The notes under the pieces: model-generated
Told to the model about the DNA's origin: nothing
The model's database searches: none
What the model saw: the letters and a program-made list of their open reading frames with translations, nothing else
DNA from: Parcubacteria group bacterium
Lineage (GTDB): Bacteria > Patescibacteriota > Patescibacteriia > UBA1558 > GWA2-36-10
NCBI GenBank assembly: GCA_003104935.1
Contig: PQAE01000002.1
Coordinates: 67,527-131,526, forward strand
Reading direction: 5' to 3'
Length of the DNA stretch: 64,000 bases
Position numbers and translations under genes: made by a program
In this document: piece after piece, positions 8,970 to 18,453 of the stretch
How positions within the stretch are numbered: the first letter of the stretch is position 1
Layout of the letters: every line of letters begins with the position of its first letter

Positions 8970-10892
8970 TTAGTCGACCTGATTATCGCCGCCACTCGGA
9001 GTGCTGGTAGCATTGCCACTCACGATGATTGATTGATAGGCCCAATTATTATCTTCGTTGCTTTCCGCTAATTCATTGGCATTGTCAATCTTAATAGATA
9101 AATTCTTAGTGCCGGCAGTGGGCCAATATCCCATAAAAGAAATCTCAAAGGTCTGGCCAGGTAATAACGGACTGCCAGTAGTAATCGTAGGCAAAGATAA
9201 ATTGGTCTGTACAAAATCCCCAAAACCACGGTAATAATTTAGAATTCCCTTGGTATCCGACAAGACGGAATCCCCGCTATTTTTCCCTATAAATCTGACG
9301 ACTGTATTTGCCGTCGTGGTCGCCTGGGGTTGAGCAGGCTCACTGGACAGAGACAGGGCGCTGATATCAATATTATGAGTCGTGGGGCCTAAAACTAGGA
9401 TATCCATACTCATTTCGTTATTTTTTTCGTCCAATTCATCAATAAGACTACCCGGATCGGCCTGAATCGTAATTTTCTTCATTCCACCATTGCCAGTAAA
9501 CGATCCTTTTGCCCGAAAAATCACTGACTCATTCTGGTATAAGGGTCGAGTTTCCGATATTAGGCGGTCAGGAATAAAGTCTGTTTGCCAGACAAATCCG
9601 CTGGGTGTCGCGCTAGATTCTTTGAGAACTGGGCTCGCTTTCAGTGCTTTGCCTAAATTTTTTACGGTCGCGACGATGGTGATGGTGTCGCCGACACTAA
9701 CAGTTTTCGGGGGTAAAAGATATAAATTGTTAATAGTCAAATCCTCCTTAGTCGGTCCAGAACTATTTTTGTCACAGGTTAGGATGCGGTGTGTGTGGTC
9801 GTCAAATAAGGCCCAGACGCGACGAGTGGGGTTATTCCAATCGACATCATCCACGCCCGGTGTAAACCACGGCGACCAATGTCCAGCAAACCACTGAATT
9901 TGGTACTTTTGGATATCGCTATGTTGAGTCATGTCTAATCCTATATCAGTCCAGTGGGTAGTGCGGAAGGGTCCGCGAGTAACTTCTGTCGGATTTTCGC
10001 ACGGCAGTATTTGTGGCGGTTGTGGACCGATCGGAGTGCTGACCGAACACGCTCCCTGCTTATCGCCATGCGCTAGATGAGCCGCTAAAGCTCGGCTTGA
10101 GATCTCAATAGTGTGTTCAGACTCATTACTGGTTTGGGGCTTATGACACACCAGTACTTTCTGATTATCATTTACCGGATCAAACTGCGAAATATGTTTT
10201 TCTTCAATTTCCAAGTCATCCCCAGACTTATAAATAACCGGTATCTTTGACATCTGGACGACGATCTTTTTCTCCAGACCATTGATGCCATAGGCGCTCA
10301 CGTCCACTTTTCTTTTTTGCTGATTATCAATTAGATAGAAATTGCCGCTCTGCCCTTCTTCCACTAGAGTGCCGTCGGGCAATTTATCGCTACTGATGTT
10401 TTGGCCCCGAATATTATAGGCGCTGGCAAAAATACCCGGATCAATATCATCCACTTGCTTTGCCCAATCTTTACCAAAAAGCTCCGCCGCCGTAGTTTCA
10501 TCAGGAATATAAAATAATTCTCCGTCCTTTCCTACGGCATAGACTTTGGCGGTGTTTTGATTGGTTATTAACCTGGCCCCCGGTTGAAAAGTAACTGCCC
10601 CGCCCACGGGAATTTTATCAATTTCAGCTAAAGAGACTTCTTTAACCTGACTAAAATTATTGTACCAGGTGTTATAGGTTTTTTGGTCGGGAAAGACATA
10701 TTTTTTGCCGTCCGGCCCGACCTCATAAACCGGTGCTCCTTTAATCCCCTTGACTTTGAGCAAAGCGCCGTCTTCCACAACGGCGTTAGAGTTATTAACA
10801 GCCTGTGATCTGGCTGTAGTCATAAATATTCCCGCTACTGCCAAAAATACGGCCAAACCTCCAAATTTTAGTAAGTTTTTTGTTCTGAACAT
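8970..10892 (-). CDS. Secreted/surface protein with C-terminal CARDB-like domains
   Basis: Signal peptide; VKNLG...IDELDEKNN and GKNSG...ELAESNEDNN CARDB-type motifs. Confidence 0.75.
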   Translation of the reverse strand: MFRTKNLLKFGGLAVFLAVAGIFMTTARSQAVNNSNAVVEDGALLKVKGIKGAPVYEVGPDGKKYVFPDQKTYNTWYNNFSQVKEVSLAEIDKIPVGGAVTFQPGARLITNQNTAKVYAVGKDGELFYIPDETTAAELFGKDWAKQVDDIDPGIFASAYNIRGQNISSDKLPDGTLVEEGQSGNFYLIDNQQKRKVDVSAYGINGLEKKIVVQMSKIPVIYKSGDDLEIEEKHISQFDPVNDNQKVLVCHKPQTSNESEHTIEISSRALAAHLAHGDKQGACSVSTPIGPQPPQILPCENPTEVTRGPFRTTHWTDIGLDMTQHSDIQKYQIQWFAGHWSPWFTPGVDDVDWNNPTRRVWALFDDHTHRILTCDKNSSGPTKEDLTINNLYLLPPKTVSVGDTITIVATVKNLGKALKASPVLKESSATPSGFVWQTDFIPDRLISETRPLYQNESVIFRAKGSFTGNGGMKKITIQADPGSLIDELDEKNNEMSMDILVLGPTTHNIDISALSLSSEPAQPQATTTANTVVRFIGKNSGDSVLSDTKGILNYYRGFGDFVQTNLSLPTITTGSPLLPGQTFEISFMGYWPTAGTKNLSIKIDNANELAESNEDNNWAYQSIIVSGNATSTPSGGDNQVD

Positions 10893-11004
10893 ATCAATTT
10901 GTTAATTAATAATTATATAAAAATCACAATATTAATATTTGCCATATTCGCGACAGTAGTTTCTTGAATTATTAATCATAGTGGAGACTTTTTGCTCTTG
11001 ATAT

Positions 11005-12009
11005 TTAATCAAATTCTCTGATCATTTCCACTAGCCGATTGGCATAGCCCCATTCATTGTCATACCAGGCAATGATCTTGACCAGATTGCCGCCGACTAC
11101 ATTGGTCAGACTTAAATCAACTATCGATGACCGCGCATCACCGATAAAATCCGAGGAAACGACCGCATCATTAGTCACACCCAAAATGCCTTTCATCGCC
11201 TGGGAATTACTGGCACTTATTAAGGCATTATTCACTTGCCGGACGGTTACTTTTTTCTTTAGTAAAAAAGTAAAATCAGCCAGGGAAACCACGGCCGTCG
11301 GCACGCGAAGCGATAGGCCGTCAAACAACCCCTGCAGTTCCGGAATCACCGCGCCCAGAGCAGACGCCGCGCCCGTGGTCGTAGGCACTATATTTTGGGC
11401 GGCACTGCGTCCGCGGCGGGCGTCTTTGTGCGGCGCATCGACCAGACGTTGATCGGCGGTATAGCTATGGATGGTGGTCATCATGGCCTTGTCCACGCCA
11501 AATTTATCTACCATTACTTTGGCTACCGGCGCAATACAGTTGGTTGTGCAGGAAGCATTGGAAATTACTTTGTCATTTTTTAGTTTTCTTTCGTTGACAC
11601 CCAGGAGGTAAGTAGCAATATCGCCGCCCTTGACCGGAGCGGATACAATCACGTGTTTAGCGCCGGCCTTAATATGCGCAGCGGCTTTATTGTCTTTGAC
11701 AAAGAGGCCGGTACACTCCAACACTACATCTATCCGCATCTTTTTCCAGGGTAATTTCAAGGGATCAGGCACGGCGGTCACGGCATATTTACGACCACTC
11801 ACCACGATGTTTGACCCGGCACTGCCGACTTTCTTATCATAGCGGCCATAGACCGTGTCATATTTCAATAAATAAGCCAGATTTTCCGCCGGGGCCAGAT
11901 CATTGATGGCCACTACCTGATAACGGGCCGGAGACTCCAGCATTATTTTAAAAGCCGACCGCCCGATACGACCAAAACCGTTGATAGCTACTCTCGTTTT
12001 TTTTGCCAT
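11005..12009 (-). CDS. gap: Glyceraldehyde-3-phosphate dehydrogenase, type I
   Basis: INGFGRIGR, SNASCTTNC, WYDNEWGY. Confidence 0.97.
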   Translation of the reverse strand: MAKKTRVAINGFGRIGRSAFKIMLESPARYQVVAINDLAPAENLAYLLKYDTVYGRYDKKVGSAGSNIVVSGRKYAVTAVPDPLKLPWKKMRIDVVLECTGLFVKDNKAAAHIKAGAKHVIVSAPVKGGDIATYLLGVNERKLKNDKVISNASCTTNCIAPVAKVMVDKFGVDKAMMTTIHSYTADQRLVDAPHKDARRGRSAAQNIVPTTTGAASALGAVIPELQGLFDGLSLRVPTAVVSLADFTFLLKKKVTVRQVNNALISASNSQAMKGILGVTNDAVVSSDFIGDARSSIVDLSLTNVVGGNLVKIIAWYDNEWGYANRLVEMIREFD

Positions 12010-12052
12010 ATTTTTTGATTTATTTGCAAGCTTATTATAGCAAAATATAGGA

Positions 12053-12604
12053 TTATTTCCTATCTTGGCTAATTTTATAAAAATACAAAGGCATTTTGTG
12101 GATGCGCAAGACTTTGTAGGGTTCCACGGTCGGCAGGGGAAAATTATAGCTGACTACCAGCAAGCCGTCTTTGGCTTCGGCTAAAAATTTTTTTTCCAGT
12201 TTCGCCATGCTATCGATATTGAGATAACAATAAATCAGGTCTGCTTGGCTCAAGTCTATTTTATAGAAATTTTTCTTGGTAATTTCTATTCTTTTGTTAA
12301 ATAAAGTAACCAGCTTAGCCAAAACATAAGGCACCAGCGAGTGTTCTACACCCATTGCTCTAGCCTGCGGAAACTTTTTGACTAGCCGGCGTAAAAAAGG
12401 CGCGTCGCCACTGCCTAATTCATAGGCCAATATCGACTCCTGCACCAGATCCAATTCAGCCACGGCCCGCCGGACCGCTTCCGGCTGGGACATGATATAG
12501 GGTGCCTGCCCTTTCAAGACTATGCTGAGAAAATGGAAAATAAAAGAAAGTAAAAAAATAACCAACGCCAGTAATAATGCTATGTTGATAATTAAAAAAA
12601 ACAT
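12053..12604 (-). CDS. Membrane-anchored class I SAM-dependent methyltransferase
   Basis: N-terminal TM, ELGSGDA motif I, VVSYNFPL; start taken at ATG 12604. Confidence 0.8.
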   Translation of the reverse strand: MFFLIINIALLLALVIFLLSFIFHFLSIVLKGQAPYIMSQPEAVRRAVAELDLVQESILAYELGSGDAPFLRRLVKKFPQARAMGVEHSLVPYVLAKLVTLFNKRIEITKKNFYKIDLSQADLIYCYLNIDSMAKLEKKFLAEAKDGLLVVSYNFPLPTVEPYKVLRIHKMPLYFYKISQDRK

Positions 12605-12609
12605 CGGGC

Positions 12610-13527
12610 TTATTTTTCTTTTTTTGAAGGGTGACAAGACTGGCATTCGCCATGACAATGCCCGTGACAAAGATTACCTTCCAAATAGGGATAACGTACG
12701 ATCACTCCGTCAATATCCAAATCCACCAGGTGATTGAGAGCGTGCACGGCCCGCACCCGGCCTTCCCCGGCCTTGGTGCGAATGATATCGCCTTCTTTGG
12801 GTAGATTGTCTAGATTATATTTATAATTTTCTTCTTCAAAACGCAGGCAACACTTTAGCCGGCCGCAGACGCCGGAGAGTCGGTCCGCCCCGCGATGCAT
12901 CAACTCCTGATCTTTGATAAAATCCGGGCTGACATTGCCGATAGCGGCCAGCCAAGAGTGGCAACAAAGAGGCAAACCGCAGGAGCCGACGTCGCCGGTG
13001 ATCTTGGCCGCGTCGCGCACCCCGATTTGCTGCAATCTTATTTTCTGTCGGTAATTTTTTGCCAGCTCCTTGACTAATTCCCGGAAATCAATGCGGCTAC
13101 TGGCGATAAAGTAAAACGTGAGGTGGTTGCCGTCCAGAGACTGATTAATATCAACCAGTTTCATATCCGACAAATTATATTTATCGACCAAAAACTTAAA
13201 TTCTTTTTTATAGTGCGGATATTTCTTGAGCTGAGCTTGACGCTGCGCCAAATCTTCTTTAGTGGCTTTTCGCAACATCGGCTTGACATCGGACAGTTTG
13301 CTCTGCTGACCCGACTCTTCGCTATTTTTTTTGGTTTTAACTGAAGGCGCCGTTTCCCGGGCCTGCCAATCGTCCCAGCCTGTGACCTGTCCCAAATCCT
13401 GACCCAATGTCGTCTCGACAATCACTCGATCCCCCACTTCCAAGCGACTGTCCGGCTTTTCGCTGAACTCCGGTAAAAAGAAATATTCTTTGTCCGCTTC
13501 GTGAAATTTAACTTTGACGACGCGCAT
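12610..13527 (-). CDS. ricT: PSP1/RicT (YaaT) family Fe-S protein
   Basis: RIDFRELVK, QIGVRD, G.CG..LCC, SGVCGRLKCCL. Confidence 0.9.
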   Translation of the reverse strand: MRVVKVKFHEADKEYFFLPEFSEKPDSRLEVGDRVIVETTLGQDLGQVTGWDDWQARETAPSVKTKKNSEESGQQSKLSDVKPMLRKATKEDLAQRQAQLKKYPHYKKEFKFLVDKYNLSDMKLVDINQSLDGNHLTFYFIASSRIDFRELVKELAKNYRQKIRLQQIGVRDAAKITGDVGSCGLPLCCHSWLAAIGNVSPDFIKDQELMHRGADRLSGVCGRLKCCLRFEEENYKYNLDNLPKEGDIIRTKAGEGRVRAVHALNHLVDLDIDGVIVRYPYLEGNLCHGHCHGECQSCHPSKKEK

Positions 13528-14230
13528 TGGATACTTGAGTGCCCAAATTTAGACCACGAACGGCTTTGGCCAGATTCGACGGACTATATTTAAAGACAGT
13601 TAAAGATAAATTATTTTTGGCGGCCATTTTAAAAGCACTGGCATCCATCACCTTTAAATGCTTCTTCATAGCCTGCTGATATGTCAGATTTTTATAAAAC
13701 TTAGCTTTTTTATTTTTCTGCGGATCGCTGGAATATACTCCGGCGACATTGGTAGCTTTAAAAATTTGCTGGGCGCCGATCTGCATCGCCCGCAAAACTA
13801 AGGCGGTGTCCGTGGTAAAGTGAGGTTTTCCCGTACCGCCGGAAAATATCAAAATATTCTTGTAGTCCAATAATTTCTTAGCGTGAGCGGCAGAATATGG
13901 TTCCCAAACGGATGTGCAACCAAAGGGCGACATCACTACGGCTCTTTGCCCTAACTTTTCCAAAACTCCTTTCAGAGCCAAGGCATTCATCATCGTAGCC
14001 AGCATACCCATAAAATCAGCGGTTACCGCAGCGATCTCCATATTTTTTATCATTCGGCCACGAAAAATATTGCCGCCACCGATAACAACTCCGATCTGAT
14101 AATCAGATTCGACTAGTTTTTTTAAAGCTTGCGCCAGAGCCTTTATCTGCTGAAAATCAAAATTAGTCTGGGTCCTGGCTTGGCCCATGACTTCTCCGGA
14201 AAATTTTATAACTATTCTTTTGTTAGGCAT
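13508..14230 (-). CDS. pyrH: UMP kinase
   Basis: KFSGE, GGGNIFRG, GTGKPHFTTDT, VMDASA. Confidence 0.95.
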   Translation of the reverse strand: MPNKRIVIKFSGEVMGQARTQTNFDFQQIKALAQALKKLVESDYQIGVVIGGGNIFRGRMIKNMEIAAVTADFMGMLATMMNALALKGVLEKLGQRAVVMSPFGCTSVWEPYSAAHAKKLLDYKNILIFSGGTGKPHFTTDTALVLRAMQIGAQQIFKATNVAGVYSSDPQKNKKAKFYKNLTYQQAMKKHLKVMDASAFKMAAKNNLSLTVFKYSPSNLAKAVRGLNLGTQVSNARRQS

Positions 14231-14237
14231 GGATAAA

Positions 14238-14804
14238 CTAAACTTTTACCCGTCCCTTGGCGGACGGAAGAAAAATTTTTCCCCTTTTGTGTTTCAGACG
14301 GCTATGATACTCCAGTTTGGAACGCATACCGCTGATATAAAAATGCTGATTGGCAAAATCCCTGAGCAGGATGGAATAATTTATTCTGTTCGGTATGCCG
14401 ATCTTGAGCAACTTATTTTTTCGCTTCAAATATTTGGCCAAGGAATAAAAGTCGCCGTCACCGCTAATAATAATAGCTTTGTCATAATTATTATACTCAA
14501 TCATGCAGTGCAGGACTAACTCGGCATCGACATTGCCCTTAGTTTTCTCAACCGTACCCTGAGTATAGCTGACCGTCGGTTTGAACACTACTGTATAGCC
14601 AATATTTTGCAGATGCGCATAGAGCTCGTCCTGACCGCTCATCTGTCCGATAAAAATAAAAGCCTTACTGACTTTATATTCGTCGTGCAGATAGCGCTGT
14701 AATTTATAAAAATCGAGCTTCCAACCCAAATTTTTTATGGACAGGTGCAGGTTCTGGCTGTCGATAAAAGCATATACCACCTTTCTTCTGGAATTTCTCG
14801 GCAT
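14238..14804 (-). CDS. NYN domain (LabA/DUF88, PIN-like) nuclease
   Basis: FIDSQNL, KGNVDAEL, ISGDGDF: the acidic catalytic set appears intact. Confidence 0.92.
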   Translation of the reverse strand: MPRNSRRKVVYAFIDSQNLHLSIKNLGWKLDFYKLQRYLHDEYKVSKAFIFIGQMSGQDELYAHLQNIGYTVVFKPTVSYTQGTVEKTKGNVDAELVLHCMIEYNNYDKAIIISGDGDFYSLAKYLKRKNKLLKIGIPNRINYSILLRDFANQHFYISGMRSKLEYHSRLKHKRGKIFLPSAKGRVKV

Positions 14805-14862
14805 ATTTTTTATATATTAATGACCTTATTATGGCAAATAACGCTGATATTAGCAAGGTATT

Positions 14863-14891
14863 TTGACATTACACCAGTCCCGCGATATAAT
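14863..14891 (+). promoter_or_regulatory. Consensus sigma70 promoter of RNA cassette 1, back-to-back with the NYN promoter
   Basis: TTGACA-17 nt-TATAAT; divergent minus-strand TTGCTA-17 nt-CATAAT just upstream. Confidence 0.85.
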
Positions 14892-14897
14892 ATCGAT

Positions 14898-15045
14898 GAT
14901 AAAAGTTCTTCGACTCTGGTGGGCGTGCTTAGGGGCAGCACTGCTGCGGTTGCCCGCGCTCTTTAGCGCGAATCCTGCGGCCGTTAGCAAACGTCCACCA
15001 GACTTTTTCCCTGAAGCGGCTACTCTCGGAGTAGTCGCTTTTCTT
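14898..15045 (+). ncRNA. Putative structured ncRNA, cassette 1
   Basis: Own promoter; closing stem TCTGGTGGGCGT/ACGTCCACCAGA; inner hairpins GGGCAGC/GTTGCCC and CGCGCT/AGCGCG; terminator AAGCGGCTACTC/GAGTAGTCGCTT followed by T-rich tail. Confidence 0.65.
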
Positions 15046-15116
15046 ATTGACCCCATTAGATGCCCGCGGGATTTAACAGGGTTGACACAAAATAAATATC
15101 GCTATAGTATATATCA

Positions 15117-15290
15117 ATTCAGTTCCTTCTTAATCAGGTGGGTGGCCAGCTACCGCTGTTTGCACAAACGAGCTTGAGAGGTTGCGTAATAGTACTTAAA
15201 TCGTAGCTTGCTTGCTCGACGCCTTTGGTGGCCCCACCCATCTGACCATTTCGAAAAGCGGCGACTACCCGGTCCCCGCTTTTTTCTTTT
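15117..15290 (+). ncRNA. Putative structured ncRNA, cassette 2
   Basis: TTGACA(15082)-17 nt-TAGTAT; closing stem TCAGGTGGGTGG/CCACCCATCTGA; two inner hairpins; terminator AAAAGCGG/CCGCTTTT plus T-run. Confidence 0.65.
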
Positions 15291-15356
15291 CCCTGTGAAA
15301 TATCCATAGGATCTAACAGGGTTGACAAAAAAATAACCGGGCGATATTATTTTTCT

Positions 15357-15525
15357 GTTATGGTTCTTAATGTTGGGCGGCAAGCTGCGGCTTGGTGAGA
15401 TGGTTGACTGAGGAGTCTCCATTTTTGGAGCGCAGGCATTCGCTCCAAAAACCTGGCCTGCGGCCTCTGCCGCCCATTTCTAAAGAAGCACCCTAGGATT
15501 TTCCCGGGGTGCTCTTCTTTTATTT
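15357..15525 (+). ncRNA. Putative structured ncRNA, cassette 3
   Basis: TTGACA(15322)-17 nt-TATTAT; closing stem TGGGCGGCA/TGCCGCCCA; inner hairpins including TTTTTGGAGCG/CGCTCCAAAAA; bidirectional terminator AGCACCC/GGGTGCT shared with tsf. Confidence 0.65.
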
Positions 15526-15536
15526 AGATTTAAATT

Positions 15537-16310
15537 TTAGAGAGAATAATAGTAAAATTCTTTGATCTCGGCGCCGGATTCTTTTAGTAAGGTTTCGATG
15601 GTTTTTTTATCATCCTTGATATAAACCTGTTTAAGCAGGCAGACCTCGCTGTAAAATTTTTGCAACTTTCCAGGCAGAATTTTATCCCACATATTTTCCG
15701 GCTTACCTTCGTTCTTTAATTGCTCTCGGTAAATTTCCTGTTCCTTTGTAACGACATCTTGAGGAACATCTCCAGGCCCCAGATATTTGGGAGCGGCCGC
15801 GGCTATCTGCATAGCGATATCTTTGGCTAACTCCACCGAGCCTTTGGCCAGCACTGCTACACCGGCTACTTTTTTATTGGAATGCAAATAAGCGCCGATG
15901 ATATCACCGCTGATTAAATTAAACTTTCCCAAGCGCAGATTTTCGCCGATTTTAACAATCAGATCATTTTTGATCTGGTCGTTGGCCCAGGATTCAAAAT
16001 CACCCTGACCATCCGCCAATAATTTTTGAGCGAGGCTATCCACGGTAGCTATAAAATCTTCGTTGCGGGCCACAAAATCAGTTTCACAGGCCAGCTCTAC
16101 TACGGCCAATTTATCGGCACCGCGCGCTAAAGCAATCACGCCTTCTTTGACTTGGCGTTCGGATTTTTTGGCGGCAATTTTCGAGCCGGACTTGCGCAGT
16201 ATTTCTACAGCCTTGTCTTTGTCACCGCCGGCTTCGTCTAAAGCCTGCTTGACATCCACCATGCCCGCGCCGGTAATTTGCCGAATTTCTTTGATCAATT
16301 CTAAAGACAT
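15537..16310 (-). CDS. tsf: Elongation factor Ts
   Basis: TGAGMVD, CETDFVA, EVCLLKQ. Confidence 0.96.
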   Translation of the reverse strand: MSLELIKEIRQITGAGMVDVKQALDEAGGDKDKAVEILRKSGSKIAAKKSERQVKEGVIALARGADKLAVVELACETDFVARNEDFIATVDSLAQKLLADGQGDFESWANDQIKNDLIVKIGENLRLGKFNLISGDIIGAYLHSNKKVAGVAVLAKGSVELAKDIAMQIAAAAPKYLGPGDVPQDVVTKEQEIYREQLKNEGKPENMWDKILPGKLQKFYSEVCLLKQVYIKDDKKTIETLLKESGAEIKEFYYYSL

Positions 16311-16338
16311 ATTTCTTGCACTTTATTTTATTTTTTAT

Positions 16339-17043
16339 TTAAGACTTGACAGTCGCCTGCTTGGCGGCATTGATACAGTCGGCGATCAGATTAACCATTA
16401 GATCGATGGATTTGATAGCATCATCATTGGCCGGAATGGGATAGTTGACCTGTTCCGGATTGACATTTGTATCTACCATAGCGATTACCGGCAAACCGAT
16501 TTTATTTGCCTCGCTAACCGAGGTCTTTTCTTTTTTGATATCAACCACAAAGATGGCTTGCGGCAAACGCTTCATCGTCTTGATGCCGCCCACAGTGTCA
16601 TTGAGCTTGGCCATTTCTTTTTTAAAAGTGACCTGTTCTTTTTTGGTATAAACTTCCCAGGCACCGTCAGCTTGGTCTTTTTCCAATTTTTCCAATTTTT
16701 TGGTCAGTTTGACGATATTTTCAAAATTGGTAAAAGTTCCGCCCAACCAACGTCCGATGATGTATGGCATACCGCATTTGTCGGCCGCCGCCTTGACGAT
16801 TACCTTGGCTTGTTTCTTTGAGCCGATAAATAAAATAACGCCTCCGGCCTTCACGATCTTTTCAATAAACTCCAGGGCTTGTTCCAGTCCTTGGATAGTC
16901 TTTTCTAAATCTATAATGTGAATACCGTTTTTTTCGGCGTAAATGTAAGATGAAGCTTTGGGGTAACGCTTGGCTGTCTGATGGCCAAAGTGTACGCCAT
17001 TCTTCATCAGCTCCTCTAAAGAGGGCAAATTAATGTTGCTCAT
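16339..17043 (-). CDS. rpsB: 30S ribosomal protein S2
   Basis: GVHFGH, RWLGGTFTN, PANDDA. Confidence 0.97.
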   Translation of the reverse strand: MSNINLPSLEELMKNGVHFGHQTAKRYPKASSYIYAEKNGIHIIDLEKTIQGLEQALEFIEKIVKAGGVILFIGSKKQAKVIVKAAADKCGMPYIIGRWLGGTFTNFENIVKLTKKLEKLEKDQADGAWEVYTKKEQVTFKKEMAKLNDTVGGIKTMKRLPQAIFVVDIKKEKTSVSEANKIGLPVIAMVDTNVNPEQVNYPIPANDDAIKSIDLMVNLIADCINAAKQATVKS

Positions 17044-17150
17044 ATTTTTCCTTTCTAACCACCGCAGAGTGGTAACCTGCGTCCTGGCCCCAGACCGCCC
17101 ACGTCAGATGCGGGAAGGATGGTTTAGGCCGAAAAGGGACGCTTGTGATT
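17044..17150 (-). promoter_or_regulatory. Structured rpsB 5' leader (candidate S2 autoregulatory RNA)
   Basis: GCGTCC/GGACGC outer stem with nested GGCC pairing and a TTACCAC/GTGGTTA hairpin before the start. Confidence 0.5.
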
Positions 17151-17310
17151 GATTAAAAATAGGTTATAAAACCTAAGTAGCAAGAGTATAGCAGAAAACT
17201 TTGAATAAATCAAGGCCTTTTCTAGCCTAGCAAATAGTATCATTGACAAATAGCCATAAATACTATATAAATAGCTGTTCATTCGTACCCTGCCAAAAGG
17301 AGAAATTACC

Positions 17311-17802
17311 TTGACCATCGCTCCCCAGGTCTTTATTTTGCGCGGTTTGTCCGGCTCGGGTAAGAGCACCTTGGCTCGACAGCTCAAGGGTAGTTTGCAC
17401 GGCCGCACGGTGATCATCAGCGCCGATGACTACTTTCAGCAGTCAGGAGAATATTGTTTTGACCCGGAAAAACTGGCCGTTGCTCACCGTCAGTGTTATG
17501 AGCGCTTTGTTGAGCTTGTCGACAGCCACCAGTATTCCGTGATCGTGGACAATACCAATAGTAAGCTCTGGCATTATGCAAAGTTTTACTATCTGGCCCG
17601 AGCCGGTAATCTGCCTGTAACCACTCTGGAAATCCCCTGTTTGGATATGGCCACGGTCTACTTCTATCACAGCCGTAGTCGGCACCAGGTGCCTTTGTAT
17701 GTGATGCGGCGGATGTATTTTAGCTGGGAGCATGATTCACGCGCCACTTTGGTGCTCAACCCCTTTAGCTACATCAAAAAGATGAAGCAAATGACCGCCT
17801 AG
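17311..17802 (+). CDS. AAA_33 / N4BP2-like P-loop (polynucleotide kinase-like) protein
   Basis: RGLSGSGKST, SADDYF, IVDNTN, H.VP motifs; TTG start with AGGAG SD, own TTGACA promoter and terminator. Confidence 0.85.
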   Translation: MTIAPQVFILRGLSGSGKSTLARQLKGSLHGRTVIISADDYFQQSGEYCFDPEKLAVAHRQCYERFVELVDSHQYSVIVDNTNSKLWHYAKFYYLARAGNLPVTTLEIPCLDMATVYFYHSRSRHQVPLYVMRRMYFSWEHDSRATLVLNPFSYIKKMKQMTA

Positions 17803-17959
17803 AAATTTCTGGGCGGTTTTCGTTTAAAAAAATAGTGTCGTTTTTAAAACAACAAGAAACGTGCCGGCGGAGTCTGTCCTTTAAATACGATAACCTGGTA
17901 AGGGGTTGACGATAACAATATTTTATGTTATCCTCTGGAGGCATTTATTTGCTATAACT

Positions 17960-18325
17960 ATGAAGAAAAATATCCACCCTACCTATTATCCGGATGCCAA
18001 GATTACTTGCGCCTGCGGACACGTCATGACAGTGGGCTCTACGGTCAAGGAAATTCACGTAGAAATTTGTTCCCACTGCCATCCTTTTTATACTGGCAAA
18101 GAAAAATTAGTGGACACGGCCGGCCGAGTAGACAGATTTAAGAAAATGAAAGAACTGCAAAAACACGCTTCGGCCACCAGAAAAGGTAAGGCAGTAAAAA
18201 AACTAAAATCCGCCGAGCGCAAACTAGCCAAAGAAAGAGCTAAAGTCAAAGCGGAAATTTCCGACAATAGTGTTTCCCTGCGGCATCCCGCCAAAAAAAT
18301 TATCAAAAAACCAGGTAAAAAATAG
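17960..18325 (+). CDS. rpmE: 50S ribosomal protein L31 (zinc type) with basic C-terminal extension
   Basis: [27 protein letters not shown]; start at ATG 17960. Confidence 0.95.
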   Translation: MKKNIHPTYYPDAKITCACGHVMTVGSTVKEIHVEICSHCHPFYTGKEKLVDTAGRVDRFKKMKELQKHASATRKGKAVKKLKSAERKLAKERAKVKAEISDNSVSLRHPAKKIIKKPGKK

Positions 18326-18453
18326 CTGGCCTATTTCTATTTAAAAAAGCTCTGATAGTGGTCTAACCCGGAGCTTTTTTGTTATAATGACTTTGCCAGC
18401 GGAGCGGGCAAAGTCACCCCGAGCGCAGTCGAGGGGTGTCAAGCAAAAAAAAT

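Noticed and set aside
14850-15422. ORFs 14863..15177, 14850..15056, 15134..15328 and 15150..15422
   Set aside because: They start inside promoter boxes or run through terminators, lack recognisable motifs, and overlap strongly base-paired segments; a non-coding interpretation fits better.
14863-15525. CRISPR array or identification as SRP RNA / RNase P RNA
   Set aside because: No identical repeats with regular spacers and no cas genes; no SRP GGAA-loop motif or RNase P conserved regions seen. A 6S identity cannot be excluded without a covariance model.
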